64,000 nucleotides of DNA from an uncultured Saprospiraceae bacterium (GTDB lineage Bacteria > Bacteroidota > Bacteroidia > Chitinophagales > Saprospiraceae): NCBI GenBank assembly GCA_964591455.1, contig CAZQDZ010000006.1:55098-119097 (forward strand), read 5' to 3'. Positions within the stretch are counted from its first letter, which is position 1, and each line of letters begins with the position of its first letter. Below, piece by piece: positions 1-9,258 of the stretch. Below the pieces are notes generated by a model. That model was not told the origin of the DNA and made no database searches. It saw nothing but the letters and a program-made list of their open reading frames with translations. The translations under genes and the position numbers were made by a program.

Positions 1-1
1 A

Positions 2-403
2 GCAGGTAAATTTATGATTACAGATTCTGGGATGGGTTCATTTGCTGGAACTGTATCTCTTAAGAACTATGGGGGTTTCTCTTCTGTGAGATATGGATTT
101 GCACAAAAGAATATTGAGGGATACCAAGAGTGTATCTTCAAAATTAAAGGTGATGGAAAGCGATATCAGCTGAGACTTAAATCATCAGAGGATGACCCTC
201 ATTCTTACATTCAGCATTTTGAGACATCTGGCGAATGGGAGATAATCACTTTAAAGCTAGCTGACTTTTATCCTAGCTATAGAGGCAGACGATTGAGCAA
301 ACCCAATTTTCCTGGTGAGGTGCTTTCTGAGATTTCTTTTCTAGTTGCTAATAAAAAAGAGGAACAATTCGGTATTCATTTAAAGCACATGGAGTTAAGG
401 TAA
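2..403 (+). CDS. CIA30-like (complex I intermediate-associated protein 30) domain protein, 5' partial
   Basis: The frame is open from the window edge. DSGMGSFAGTVSL..YGGFSSVRY fits the CIA30 pattern (VMGG.S...NGGFaSvR). The N-terminus lies outside the window. Confidence 0.6.
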   Translation, partial: AGKFMITDSGMGSFAGTVSLKNYGGFSSVRYGFAQKNIEGYQECIFKIKGDGKRYQLRLKSSEDDPHSYIQHFETSGEWEIITLKLADFYPSYRGRRLSKPNFPGEVLSEISFLVANKKEEQFGIHLKHMELR

Positions 404-409
404 TTGGTA

Positions 410-823
410 TTATCCTTTCATAGGTAGTAATCTGGAATCTTCAAGTGCGGCACTGCGATGACCTGCTGTCTTTAGATAATCTGCATCTTGAGTTAACGAA
501 TAGAAACTCATTAGATTAGGATACTTCACAATCAAGACCAAATCCCATGACGCGTCTTCAGGCCCAATCACAAAATGATTACTCTTTCCCATAAAGATTA
601 CTTCAGCTTTTATTTTCTGAATGCAGGACTGAGTATATTTCATGTAGATATGATAAGCTTTTTTGCCCGAAATATTTTCAGCTGGTTTTAGTTGTGGATG
701 GTCCGTGTAGTCAGCTACTTTTTTAAACTTCAAAAGATTGAGCATGACTACAGATTCCTCACTATTAAATTGTTTGCCGAGCTGTGCTATCGCTTCTGGA
801 GTAGGGTAGATGTATGTTGACAT
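410..823 (-). CDS. DUF1330 domain protein
   Basis: 137 aa ORF with an ATG start. The layout (VVMLNLLKFK ... ASWDLVLIVKYPS ... Y.....R..AL.DS.LL) resembles the DUF1330 dimeric alpha-beta barrel family. Confidence 0.55.
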   Translation of the reverse strand: MSTYIYPTPEAIAQLGKQFNSEESVVMLNLLKFKKVADYTDHPQLKPAENISGKKAYHIYMKYTQSCIQKIKAEVIFMGKSNHFVIGPEDASWDLVLIVKYPNLMSFYSLTQDADYLKTAGHRSAALEDSRLLPMKG

Positions 824-841
824 AGTAAGTAATGATTGTAA

Positions 842-3046
842 TTAGCCCAGATTCTCCATGTCCTTAGAGAATGGTTGGTTATAGAATCTCTTACCAGTTA
901 ACTTGTACATGGCATTAGCGAGGGCACCCATAATCGGAGGAAGACCTGGCTCGCCAAGACCTGTAGGGTCTATACCATTGTCCACAAAGAAAGTTTCTAT
1001 TTCTAATGGGGCCTTATTATGTCTTATAAGGTTGTATTCATGAAAATTAGATTGTTGTGGAACACCATCTTCAAATGTTAAGCCACTATATAGCGCATGC
1101 CCGATACCGTCAATAACACCTCCTTCTATTTGATTCTTGGCTCCCATGGGATTGACTACAATTCCACAATCCACCGCACACCACACTTTTTTGATTACTA
1201 AGTCATTCTCTTGGTATTCCATGTCTACGACCTGAGCGACATAGGAATTATGACAGTAATAGGCAGCCACACCACGGTATTGATTAGAAGCTGAATTATC
1301 CCAGCCGCATTTTTCTTTGACTAATTTCAGTACGTTAGCATATCTCTCTGCATCGTAATCATTATTTTCTCCTATTGGATTATTGGTGGCTTTGTCAAAT
1401 AATTCTAATCTAAACTGTATTGGGTCTTTCCCTGCTAGTTCTGCTACCTCATCTAAGAACGACTGCTCAGCACCTGCTATGAAATTTGACTTTGGCGCCC
1501 TCCATGCGCCTGTAGAAATATTGGATTCTATAGAACTATCAGCAGCCTTGTAGTTATCCACAGTTCCGGCAGGAAATCTGTTCGCCCATACAGGTCCACC
1601 GTGCACGCCAGCGCCTTTGACACTGAATGCAGTCATGTTATTATTTTCATCAAGGGCGGCCTTGTACCTTACCTTATATGCAGGTCTGTAGGTTCCTTTT
1701 GCCATATCATCTTCACGGCTATATATAAGCTTAATCGGCTTTTCTACTTTCTGAGATATCAATGCTGATTCAAATAGCCAGCCACCATATAACCTTCTGC
1801 CAAACCCACCGCCCATACGCGTCATATCCACAGTGATATTCTCTAGTGGGATATCAAGGGCTTTGGATAATTCTCTAGCACTTATTTCTGGCGTCTGGAT
1901 AGGACCTACAAATCTTGCTTTTTCCTTTGTTACATCTGCAAAGAAGTTCATTGGAGACATAGTATTATGCGCCAAGAATGGGGCTGAGTAAGTTCGCTCT
2001 ATTGCTTGTGCCGCTTCTGCAAAGGCTTTGTCTACATCCCCATCATGTCTATCGGAATCTATGTCTTTCTCTAGTAAGGCGCTTAATGCCTCTTCATGAT
2101 CTGAAGAACTTTCACCATTGGAGGTGTCCCATTGAGCGACGAGGGCTCGCTTTGCCTTCATGACCTCCCATGTAGAATTACCCACAATGGCTATCATAGA
2201 GTTTTTAAGGAAAGCATTTTTCAAGAAACGTGATTCACTGAAGAAGTCCGTCTCTATCTTAAATGCATCTACAATACCAGGCATATTTTTTATTTCAGCC
2301 TCATTAAATGATATGACAGCCCCACCAAAGGCAGGCGGATGTTGTATCATAGCATAGAGCATACCTTCTTCTTCATAGTCCATTCCGAAGACGGGAGCAC
2401 CTGTAACAATTTGGCGCCCGTCCACATTGGGTGTAGGCGTACCTATGATGGTGAAATCTTTAGGATCTTTTAGCTCTACCTCTTCTGGTACTTCTATAGC
2501 TGTTGCTGCTTGTGCTACTTCCTCATAGGCTAAAGACGTTCCACTTCCCTTATGATGTATGATGCCTTTATCAGTTGTTAATTCTTTTACAGGGACTTCC
2601 ATTGTTTGAGCAGCTGCTTCCATAAGCATGCGACGTGCGGTTGCTCCTGCTGTTCTAAGACTCTTCCATCCCAATCTGATAGATTGACTTCCACCGGCTA
2701 ATTGTCGTTTGTACTTTGTGGTGTCTAGCGCAGCTTGTTCTACGACCACATTTTTCCAATCTACATCTAACTCCTCTGCAACTATCATCGGCATGGACGT
2801 TTTTATATTTTGTCCAATTTCAGGATTGGGAGAGTAGATAGTTACGACACCATTGTCACCGATTTTGAGAAAGGCGTTCATGTCAAACCATTGCTCTGGC
2901 ATCTCTAGTTCTTTGATGATTTCTTCCACCTCTGCATCAGTCTTACAACCTGCCAAGAGACTAAACCCAAGCAAAAAGCCGCCACCTGCTGCGGTGCTTG
3001 CCTTGAGAAAATTCCTTCTGTTATATGATGTTTTTACAATTGACAT
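842..3046 (-). CDS. Molybdopterin-dependent oxidoreductase large subunit (IorB / aldehyde oxidase beta-subunit family), Tat-exported lipoprotein
   Basis: The long ORF resembles isoquinoline 1-oxidoreductase beta subunits. I chose the internal ATG at 3046 (MSIVKTSYNRRNFLKASTAAGGGFLLGFSLLAGC) because it gives a twin-arginine motif plus a lipobox Cys. It also removes the overlap with the upstream 2Fe-2S gene. Confidence 0.85.
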   Translation of the reverse strand: MSIVKTSYNRRNFLKASTAAGGGFLLGFSLLAGCKTDAEVEEIIKELEMPEQWFDMNAFLKIGDNGVVTIYSPNPEIGQNIKTSMPMIVAEELDVDWKNVVVEQAALDTTKYKRQLAGGSQSIRLGWKSLRTAGATARRMLMEAAAQTMEVPVKELTTDKGIIHHKGSGTSLAYEEVAQAATAIEVPEEVELKDPKDFTIIGTPTPNVDGRQIVTGAPVFGMDYEEEGMLYAMIQHPPAFGGAVISFNEAEIKNMPGIVDAFKIETDFFSESRFLKNAFLKNSMIAIVGNSTWEVMKAKRALVAQWDTSNGESSSDHEEALSALLEKDIDSDRHDGDVDKAFAEAAQAIERTYSAPFLAHNTMSPMNFFADVTKEKARFVGPIQTPEISARELSKALDIPLENITVDMTRMGGGFGRRLYGGWLFESALISQKVEKPIKLIYSREDDMAKGTYRPAYKVRYKAALDENNNMTAFSVKGAGVHGGPVWANRFPAGTVDNYKAADSSIESNISTGAWRAPKSNFIAGAEQSFLDEVAELAGKDPIQFRLELFDKATNNPIGENNDYDAERYANVLKLVKEKCGWDNSASNQYRGVAAYYCHNSYVAQVVDMEYQENDLVIKKVWCAVDCGIVVNPMGAKNQIEGGVIDGIGHALYSGLTFEDGVPQQSNFHEYNLIRHNKAPLEIETFFVDNGIDPTGLGEPGLPPIMGALANAMYKLTGKRFYNQPFSKDMENLG

Positions 3047-3084
3047 TCTCGAATTCTTTAGTATTGAAAAATTAGTACCAGGGA

Positions 3085-3546
3085 TTACTTCATATTCTTC
3101 GCTGCAGTTTTGACAGCAGCTCTGATTCTGGTATAAGTCCCACATCTGCATATGTTGCCTAGCATAGCTGAGCTGATCTCTTTGTCTGTAGGATTAGGAT
3201 TATCATTAAGCAAGGCCGTAGCAGACAAAATCTGTCCTGCCTGGCAATAACCGCATTGTGCCACATCATGTTCTAGCCAAGCCTTTTGTACAGGATGGGT
3301 GCCTTGCTCTGAAAGACCTTCTATGGTTGTGATTTTCTTTTCAGAAATCTGAGATACAGGTAGCACGCATGATCTCATGGCTACACCGTCAATATGGACA
3401 GTACAAGCACCACAGGCGGCAATACCACAGCCAAATTTGGTGCCCTTCATCTTTAAGTGATCTCTTAGTACCCAGAGTAGGGGAGTATCTTTAGAGACAT
3501 TAATTGTCTTTTGTTCGCCATTGATGTTTAGTGTTATTTCTGCCAC
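3085..3546 (-). CDS. (2Fe-2S)-binding small subunit of Mo-hydroxylase (IorA family)
   Basis: 153 aa. It has the two XDH-family 2Fe-2S cysteine clusters: [11 protein letters not shown] and CGYCQAGQ ... CRCGTY. The start is GTG, directly after an in-frame stop. Confidence 0.9.
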   Translation of the reverse strand: MAEITLNINGEQKTINVSKDTPLLWVLRDHLKMKGTKFGCGIAACGACTVHIDGVAMRSCVLPVSQISEKKITTIEGLSEQGTHPVQKAWLEHDVAQCGYCQAGQILSATALLNDNPNPTDKEISSAMLGNICRCGTYTRIRAAVKTAAKNMK

Positions 3547-3679
3547 TTCTTAGGATTTACTTGATAATGTATCTCAATATAAGTCTTTAGAAGTTCTATG
3601 CCATACTCAAGAAGAGAATTTTAGTATAGCTGTATTTGTGTAATATGAGATTTAGAACCATCCTCTAAGAAAACCTACG

Positions 3680-4297
3680 ATGCGCTTATCTATATTGACT
3701 ACACTGGCTTACGTATTACTTGCACTTTCTGGTAATCATGACATAAGAGATATTACCGACAATTGCTTATTCAAAGATCATAAGTTTATATCCTATTGCT
3801 ATGTGAGAGATGTCAAGAAGTCCAATGAGATGATCTTTAGAGATAGTATTTCTTTTGAAGCCTTTGGTAAGGAGACTTTCTCACCTAGTTCTTATTGTCA
3901 AGTACCAAGATTGCCTCTCATCGATTTTTCTAAATTCACCTTACTTGCAAAATATAATTCTAGTGGAGATTGTAAGTCTAAATATGAGCGCAAGTTACTA
4001 TTGGACGAAACAAATAAGCGCCTAAAGTATATAGTAGAAGTCACTTATCATGGTTCTTGTGAAAAGATAATCTCTAGTTGGAACTATGTCCTAGTTCCGA
4101 AAATTTCAGATGATTATACCATAGACATTGAGTTAGTGGAGAAGAGAACATTTAGGGATGGTCATAAGCCGAGCCCAAGGATGGATAGCCTGCTAACCGA
4201 ATCTATGGAATTAGATACAAAAATTAGATTACTACAAAAGTCTCTGGATAGTATCAGTCAAGAAATCAGATTCCTGAGAAAGAAAAACGAGAAGTAA
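3680..4297 (+). CDS. Hypothetical secreted protein with C-terminal coiled-coil
   Basis: N-terminal hydrophobic signal-like segment (MRLSILTTLAYVLLALSG), several Cys residues, and a heptad-like charged C-terminus. No family recognised. Confidence 0.5.
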   Translation: MRLSILTTLAYVLLALSGNHDIRDITDNCLFKDHKFISYCYVRDVKKSNEMIFRDSISFEAFGKETFSPSSYCQVPRLPLIDFSKFTLLAKYNSSGDCKSKYERKLLLDETNKRLKYIVEVTYHGSCEKIISSWNYVLVPKISDDYTIDIELVEKRTFRDGHKPSPRMDSLLTESMELDTKIRLLQKSLDSISQEIRFLRKKNEK

Positions 4298-4365
4298 TTA
4301 TTAGTAAGTGCCTGTAGACGGGTATTACTTCTATGAGAATGTAAGATAAATGTCTTTTAATATAA

Positions 4366-4394
4366 AAGAGGAGATCTATAGTAGACCTCCTCTT
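4366..4394. terminator. Hairpin between convergent genes (bidirectional terminator candidate)
   Basis: AAGAGGAG-a-TCTA-tag-TAGA-c-CTCCTCTT forms a 12-bp interrupted stem. It is flanked by A/T runs and lies between the 3' ends of 3680..4297 (+) and 4460..5800 (-). Confidence 0.55.
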
Positions 4395-4459
4395 GTCAAG
4401 TCAGGAACAGCATCCTGATTTTTCAGTAGTTTAATACTAACCAAACTATTGAGAAATTT

Positions 4460-5800
4460 TTATTTGAAAACGTTTAAACCCATTCGAAAACCAAAAGACC
4501 TTAACTTCACTTCACCGAAGCCTACGCCATTAATAGGTATCTTAATGTATGGTCCTAAGTCTAGGCCATATTTATCGCTTAACATCACATTGTAAGTTGT
4601 CGACAATTCTATATTGCTTAAAAGTGTTGCATTAGCAAATGAAAAGTCATCTGTTCTATTGTCCTCATTATTAGTAAATCGATACTCGTAAGATTCATTG
4701 ATCATGCTGTTAGAAGAAAAGTTCACGTGAGCTACTAAGCCCTTACTGGTTATTTCATTGAAGTGGTAAGAGGCGCCTAGGGTAACATCTAACATGTCGC
4801 ATAAAGCTTGTATATCATTCGGAACATTGCCTTGCCAGAATCCTTGTGGTACAGTGTAGTCAGAAGTAGGCGTTATATAACATTCTCTTACATAACTTAC
4901 CCCCAGATTAAGTACTAAATTTTTGCTAGCAACCATTCCAAATTTTGCTCCTATGCTGAAATCAGTGTCACTTAAGTCACCAGTCGGTGACTGTGCGACC
5001 TCTGCACCAGCATGAATACCTAGGACAAATCTTGGTAGACTCTTTTCAGTATGGACATCTATCAATTCTATTTCTGGTACCTGAATGAGCTCAGTTATTC
5101 CAAATTCTGGTGAGCTATCATTTAATCGCTTAATTATAGGCAGGTTATCAATCTGCGGTCTCTTCTTGTTTTCTATATCAGCCTTGTTATTTATGTCTAC
5201 CACAGCTGCCTGTGCTGAAGCATCTGATGGAAGCTTGCTATTTACTGTATTTTCTGACCCATCGTCACGGCTGGAACTGATGTCAAGTGAGTGCCTTATG
5301 GCCTTGTCGTTAGCATTTACATCTGGTGAAACTTGCGTCTTAGAATCATTGACCCGTTCTATGTCAGTTATGAGATTTTGGTTAGTCCCCTGATTTATTA
5401 CTTCTTCAGAGGTAGCAGGGCTTTCTTGTTGTGGATTGATTTGCTGCTTATTTGCTATAGAAGTTTCTGTCGGACTTAAATTAGATTCATTAGTTATAGC
5501 TGCTTCTTTTTGCGTTGCTTCATTTCCTTTTCCGTTCTCACTATCATGGATTATGGTGGCGCTATATTTTGAAAATATATTATCAGTGGATGGCGCCAAA
5601 TTCCAACTCAAAAGAAATGTAAAGATGATGCTAGAAATCATAACTATTGTAATCATCCTCTGATTACGCTTATCCATATCCATCCTTACTTCCAGTGCAG
5701 ACCAGTCCGATGCATTATACTCAAATTCCTGAGACTCGGACACTTCGACATATCTTTCTAAAAATAAATCAAACTTTGACTTCTCAGCTTCACTCATCAT
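4460..5800 (-). CDS. Putative anti-sigma factor: short cytoplasmic N-domain, single TM, low-complexity linker, C-terminal beta-barrel-like domain
   Basis: Its start overlaps the ECF sigma stop (ATGA). There is a TM segment (ITIVMISSIIFTFLLSW) and a Q/N/S/E/T-rich linker. The last ~200 aa show alternating hydrophobicity and end in GFRMGLNVFK, like OM beta-barrels. Confidence 0.55.
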   Translation of the reverse strand: MMSEAEKSKFDLFLERYVEVSESQEFEYNASDWSALEVRMDMDKRNQRMITIVMISSIIFTFLLSWNLAPSTDNIFSKYSATIIHDSENGKGNEATQKEAAITNESNLSPTETSIANKQQINPQQESPATSEEVINQGTNQNLITDIERVNDSKTQVSPDVNANDKAIRHSLDISSSRDDGSENTVNSKLPSDASAQAAVVDINNKADIENKKRPQIDNLPIIKRLNDSSPEFGITELIQVPEIELIDVHTEKSLPRFVLGIHAGAEVAQSPTGDLSDTDFSIGAKFGMVASKNLVLNLGVSYVRECYITPTSDYTVPQGFWQGNVPNDIQALCDMLDVTLGASYHFNEITSKGLVAHVNFSSNSMINESYEYRFTNNEDNRTDDFSFANATLLSNIELSTTYNVMLSDKYGLDLGPYIKIPINGVGFGEVKLRSFGFRMGLNVFK

Positions 5801-6336
5801 ACTAATATTTTTGTTTTTATCATTTGCCTAAGTATTGCTTTTGCTCTACTCAGATTAGATTTGGATGTACCTACTTCGATACTTAATTTCTCAGCTATTT
5901 CTTTATGTTTGTATCCATCTACCACATACATATTAAATACAGTCCTATATGCTGTTGGTAAGGTGTTTACTATCGCCATTAATTCCTTAAATGACAATTC
6001 TGAAATTGCGTTTGAATCTACAGATACGTCCAAAGCTTTGTCAATTGATAAATCTGTTTTAAATTTTTTATTCTTTCTCAAATAATCAAGTGCAGTGTTA
6101 ATCAGAATCGTCTTAAACCAAGGCTTGAAGGCCAGTCCGTTTTCATACTTGAAGATGTTCCTATAGATTTTATAGAATCCTTCATTTAAAACCGTCCTAG
6201 CTTCTAGCTCGTCCTTGATATATCTACCACATATACCAAGACCATACGAATACATATGCTTATATAATTCGTTTTGAGCACCTCTATCGTTCTTTTTGCA
6301 CTTATTGATTATTGTATTTAGATGTGAGTCCTTCAA
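5797..6336 (-). CDS. RNA polymerase ECF-type sigma-70 factor
   Basis: Region 2 (GLGICGRYI...EGFYKIYRNI) and region 4 HTH (YRTVFNMYVVDGYKHKEIAEKLSIEVGTSKSNLSRAK). TTG start at 6336; there is no in-frame ATG near the N-terminus. Confidence 0.85.
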   Translation of the reverse strand: MKDSHLNTIINKCKKNDRGAQNELYKHMYSYGLGICGRYIKDELEARTVLNEGFYKIYRNIFKYENGLAFKPWFKTILINTALDYLRKNKKFKTDLSIDKALDVSVDSNAISELSFKELMAIVNTLPTAYRTVFNMYVVDGYKHKEIAEKLSIEVGTSKSNLSRAKAILRQMIKTKILV

Positions 6337-6570
6337 CCAATAATGTTTTTATTATACCCTTTGTTACTTGTTATTATTAGAAATGGTTGCTTAGGCATCC
6401 ATATTTTAATAGATAATCTCTCAAATATTCTAATTCTTACCAAAATGGAGGGGGAAGCAGTAGGATAATTAGATAAGACCTTGATATTTATATGGACTTC
6501 GACGATATTCCTTATTCTACTGTCTTGACTAAGTAAGCTCGTTATCTCAATAAGTCGCAGTTCTGTTTGC

Positions 6571-8184
6571 TCATATATCCTGATCCATCACGTCTGTAAC
6601 AACATAATATCTAGGATCGTCGATATCAGTTTTTATATGATCATTCCATTTGGGATTAGATCTTATAAGTAGCTTTTTACATTCAGGGCTGAGATGAAGC
6701 AAATTAATAGAGCGACCAGAATCTAAATATTTATTAGCTAGATTTCTTAGTGCTTCTAAACCAGAATGATCGCTCACTTTGGATTCTATAAAGTCTAACT
6801 CCACATTGTCAGGGTCATTTTTAACATCAAACTTGGAATTAAAATTCTGAACAGATCCAAAAAATAAAGGCCCCCAGATCTCGTAGACTTTTGTACCATC
6901 TTCTTTGATTCTTTTTCTTGCTCTTATCATTGTAGCATTCTTCCAAGCAAACACAAGGGCTGACATGATTACGCCAGCGATTACGGCAATAGCTAAATCA
7001 AGCCATACTGTAATTGCAGATACAGCAATCAATACGACGGCATCAGGCAGAGGAATCTTATTTATGATTCTGAAACTACTCCAGGCAAAGGTCCCTATGA
7101 CTACCATAAACATAACACCGACCAAAGCAGCAATAGGAATCTGTTCTATCAATTGGGAACCAAACAATACAAAACTAAGCAGAGTCATCGCTGCCACAAT
7201 TCCAGATAAGCGACCTCTTCCTCCGGATTCTACATTGATAATAGACTGGCCTATCATGGCACATCCACCCATGCCGCCAAAGAGGCCACAAAGAATATTG
7301 CCAAACCCCTGAGCAACACATTCTCTATTACCACTACCTCGCGTCTCAGTAATCTCATCTACTAGATTCAAAGTCATCAAGGACTCTATCAGACCAACAG
7401 CTGCAAGTAAAAAAGCTGTCCGTAATACGATGCCCCAGTGATTTCCTATGGTGTCAGTCATAGCGAACAATTGACCTTGGAATTGTGGTAGACCCCCATT
7501 CAATCCGGTACCACCGCCGTCTCTGATAAATGAGCCCACAGTACTTACCTCGAGTCCGCCTATAATTGTTATCGCAGCCACAATCAGAATCGCAGCTAGC
7601 GCCGAAGGAATTTTAGTAGTCAGTTTGGGTAGCAAATACATGATAGCCATTGTAAGTCCTACCAATCCCAGCATCGTATATAGTGGCATACCTGAAAGGT
7701 AAACAGATGCGCCGTCTACAGTTTCCTTAAACATGCCCAACTGAGATAGAAATATGACGATAGCTAATCCATTGACAAATCCCATCATGACGGGATGCGG
7801 TATCAATCTTACAAATTTTCCCAGTCGTGCTACACCACCAAGAATTTGTATAAGCCCTACGATAATCAAAGTCGCTAACAACCATTGCAATCCTAAATTA
7901 GGTATGGCCTCATCCAAAGCCATGCCCACAGCATTTCCCTCTTGAATCAGATGCACCATAACAACAGCCATAGCGCCGGTCGCTCCCGAAATCATACCCG
8001 GTCGTCCACCAAATACAGCTGTGATGATGCCCATGATAAATGCACCATACAATCCGACGAGCGGATCCAGACCAGCCACAAAAGCAAAGGCTACTGCCTC
8101 TGGGACTAGTGCCAGAGCAACAGTCAGTCCAGATAAAATATCATTCTTAGGATTGGTGGAAATATTCTTTAGCATCGCCGTCAT
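6571..8184 (-). CDS. SulP family inorganic anion transporter with C-terminal STAS domain
   Basis: 537 aa and polytopic. N-terminal SGLTVALALVPEAVAFAFVAG is typical of SulP. The C-terminus (YEIWGPLFFGS...LDF...DHSGLEAL) is a STAS fold. Confidence 0.85.
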   Translation of the reverse strand: MTAMLKNISTNPKNDILSGLTVALALVPEAVAFAFVAGLDPLVGLYGAFIMGIITAVFGGRPGMISGATGAMAVVMVHLIQEGNAVGMALDEAIPNLGLQWLLATLIIVGLIQILGGVARLGKFVRLIPHPVMMGFVNGLAIVIFLSQLGMFKETVDGASVYLSGMPLYTMLGLVGLTMAIMYLLPKLTTKIPSALAAILIVAAITIIGGLEVSTVGSFIRDGGGTGLNGGLPQFQGQLFAMTDTIGNHWGIVLRTAFLLAAVGLIESLMTLNLVDEITETRGSGNRECVAQGFGNILCGLFGGMGGCAMIGQSIINVESGGRGRLSGIVAAMTLLSFVLFGSQLIEQIPIAALVGVMFMVVIGTFAWSSFRIINKIPLPDAVVLIAVSAITVWLDLAIAVIAGVIMSALVFAWKNATMIRARKRIKEDGTKVYEIWGPLFFGSVQNFNSKFDVKNDPDNVELDFIESKVSDHSGLEALRNLANKYLDSGRSINLLHLSPECKKLLIRSNPKWNDHIKTDIDDPRYYVVTDVMDQDI

Positions 8185-8661
8185 CTTCGTATCTGATTTA
8201 TTTATAAAGCGGGCGAATATAGACTATAATAAATGCTATTGTAGAGAATGGAGACTTTTTATATTACAAATTATCATAATATGAAAAACAACTCACAACA
8301 CTTTATAAGTTTGGATAAATCTCATTTCAAATATGATGTCAAAATACGATATGATGTCAGAAATTTATATTGGCAAATCAAGATTACTCGAAATAGAATT
8401 AAATACATCCAAATAGATGTTAACATACACATTTTCTCTTCCAGTAATAATTAGGTATCATCTTTCTCTTATTATGAATGTTTAGAAGGATATCAAATTC
8501 CTTATAACGCTTTATTGCTATATGTGCCTAACTATTGCTATCCACAGAGGTCGATCATTAATTATTCCTAACTATCAGCAGAAGCATTAGGAGCAATTTC
8601 TTTTCTTATTACCAACAAAAAAAACTGAGGCTTTTTGAAATACAACTAGATTGGATGGAAC

Positions 8662-8928
8662 TCAGGTATCAGCTACACCTGATGTTACTGCCTTATATAT
8701 ATTATCGCCTTGTCTGAATTCTTTGACGATTTCTGCTAGGATACTGATAGCAGCTTCTTCATGAGACTTGCCACCTATATCTATACCTGCTGGGGTTTTT
8801 ACCTTCTTAAGTTGGTCGAAGGTGACACCATGTTGACGAAGTTCTGTAAAAATAGAATTGGCTTTCACACGGCTGGCTACAAATACAACATTGATGGCAT
8901 GACTGTTTTCATGCCTCGCAGGATTGAT
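8662..8928 (-). pseudogene. XdhC-family C-terminal fragment (remnant)
   Basis: The frame reads HAINVVFVASRVKANSIFTELRQHGVTFDQLKKVKTPAGIDIGGKSHEEAAISILAEIV, matching the end of XdhC Rossmann domains. Compare the intact copy at 9259..10356, which has SPVGLDIGAETPEEIAISIIAEIL. The frame is closed by a stop at 8929-8931, with no N-terminal two thirds. Confidence 0.6.
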
Positions 8929-9258
8929 TCATAGCCTTTCATGCCTTTGAGTGGATTAAGCCAAAAATGGACATTTAGGAAAGAGAATAATTAACAAATC
9001 AGACAATCAAGAGCTTTTCTCTGATGTTTTAGATAATGGATTCTGACAACTACCTTTATATCTGCATTTTGACATAAATGACAAGAAGATTGAGTTTTTT
9101 AAAAGCAGAGATTGTAATTATTTGCTTTTCCTTATCATAAACTGTAGATAATTCTATAAATCCTACTTTGTTCAGAATAAATACCACTATTCTATGTTAA
9201 TCCAAATTGAACTTTGCAAAAAGGTGAACAAACCCAAATTTTATTTTATTATAAGCCT

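Noticed and set aside
1978-2357. Short plus-strand ORFs inside the Mo-hydroxylase gene. Many analogous antisense or shadow ORFs exist elsewhere: 2853..3113, 5085..5663, 5861..6085, 6905..8284, 9468..9665, 10500..10787, 11849..12031, 12226..13014, 13515..13724, 15456..15677, 17243..18186, 18256..18912, 22424..27223 (minus), 30824..31141, 32070..32707, 33802..34104, 34334..34531, 36925..37402, 38279..38894, 39680..39895, 40186..41415, 42692..47713 (minus), 48588..48806, 50270..52294, 53220..53426, 54097..54306, 55674..55889, 56731..57247, 58371..58658, 59071..59766 (minus), 61918..62322 and 62890..63093.
   Set aside because: All lie antisense to or inside long ORFs with strong family signatures. 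Their translations are low-complexity or Ser/Leu/Pro-rich mirror products with no recognisable motifs.
842-3151. Track ORF start at 3151 for the Mo-hydroxylase large subunit (35 extra N-terminal residues, [16 protein letters not shown]...).
   Set aside because: It would overlap the 3' end of the 2Fe-2S subunit gene by 67 nt. The internal ATG at 3046 gives a textbook Tat signal plus lipobox directly at the N-terminus.
8248-8454. 68-aa ORF in the sulP upstream spacer (METFYITNYHNMKNN...).
   Set aside because: It is extremely AT-rich with an Asn/Ile/Lys/Tyr-biased composition typical of random ORFs in AT-rich intergenic DNA. It has no motif and overlaps the likely sulP promoter region.
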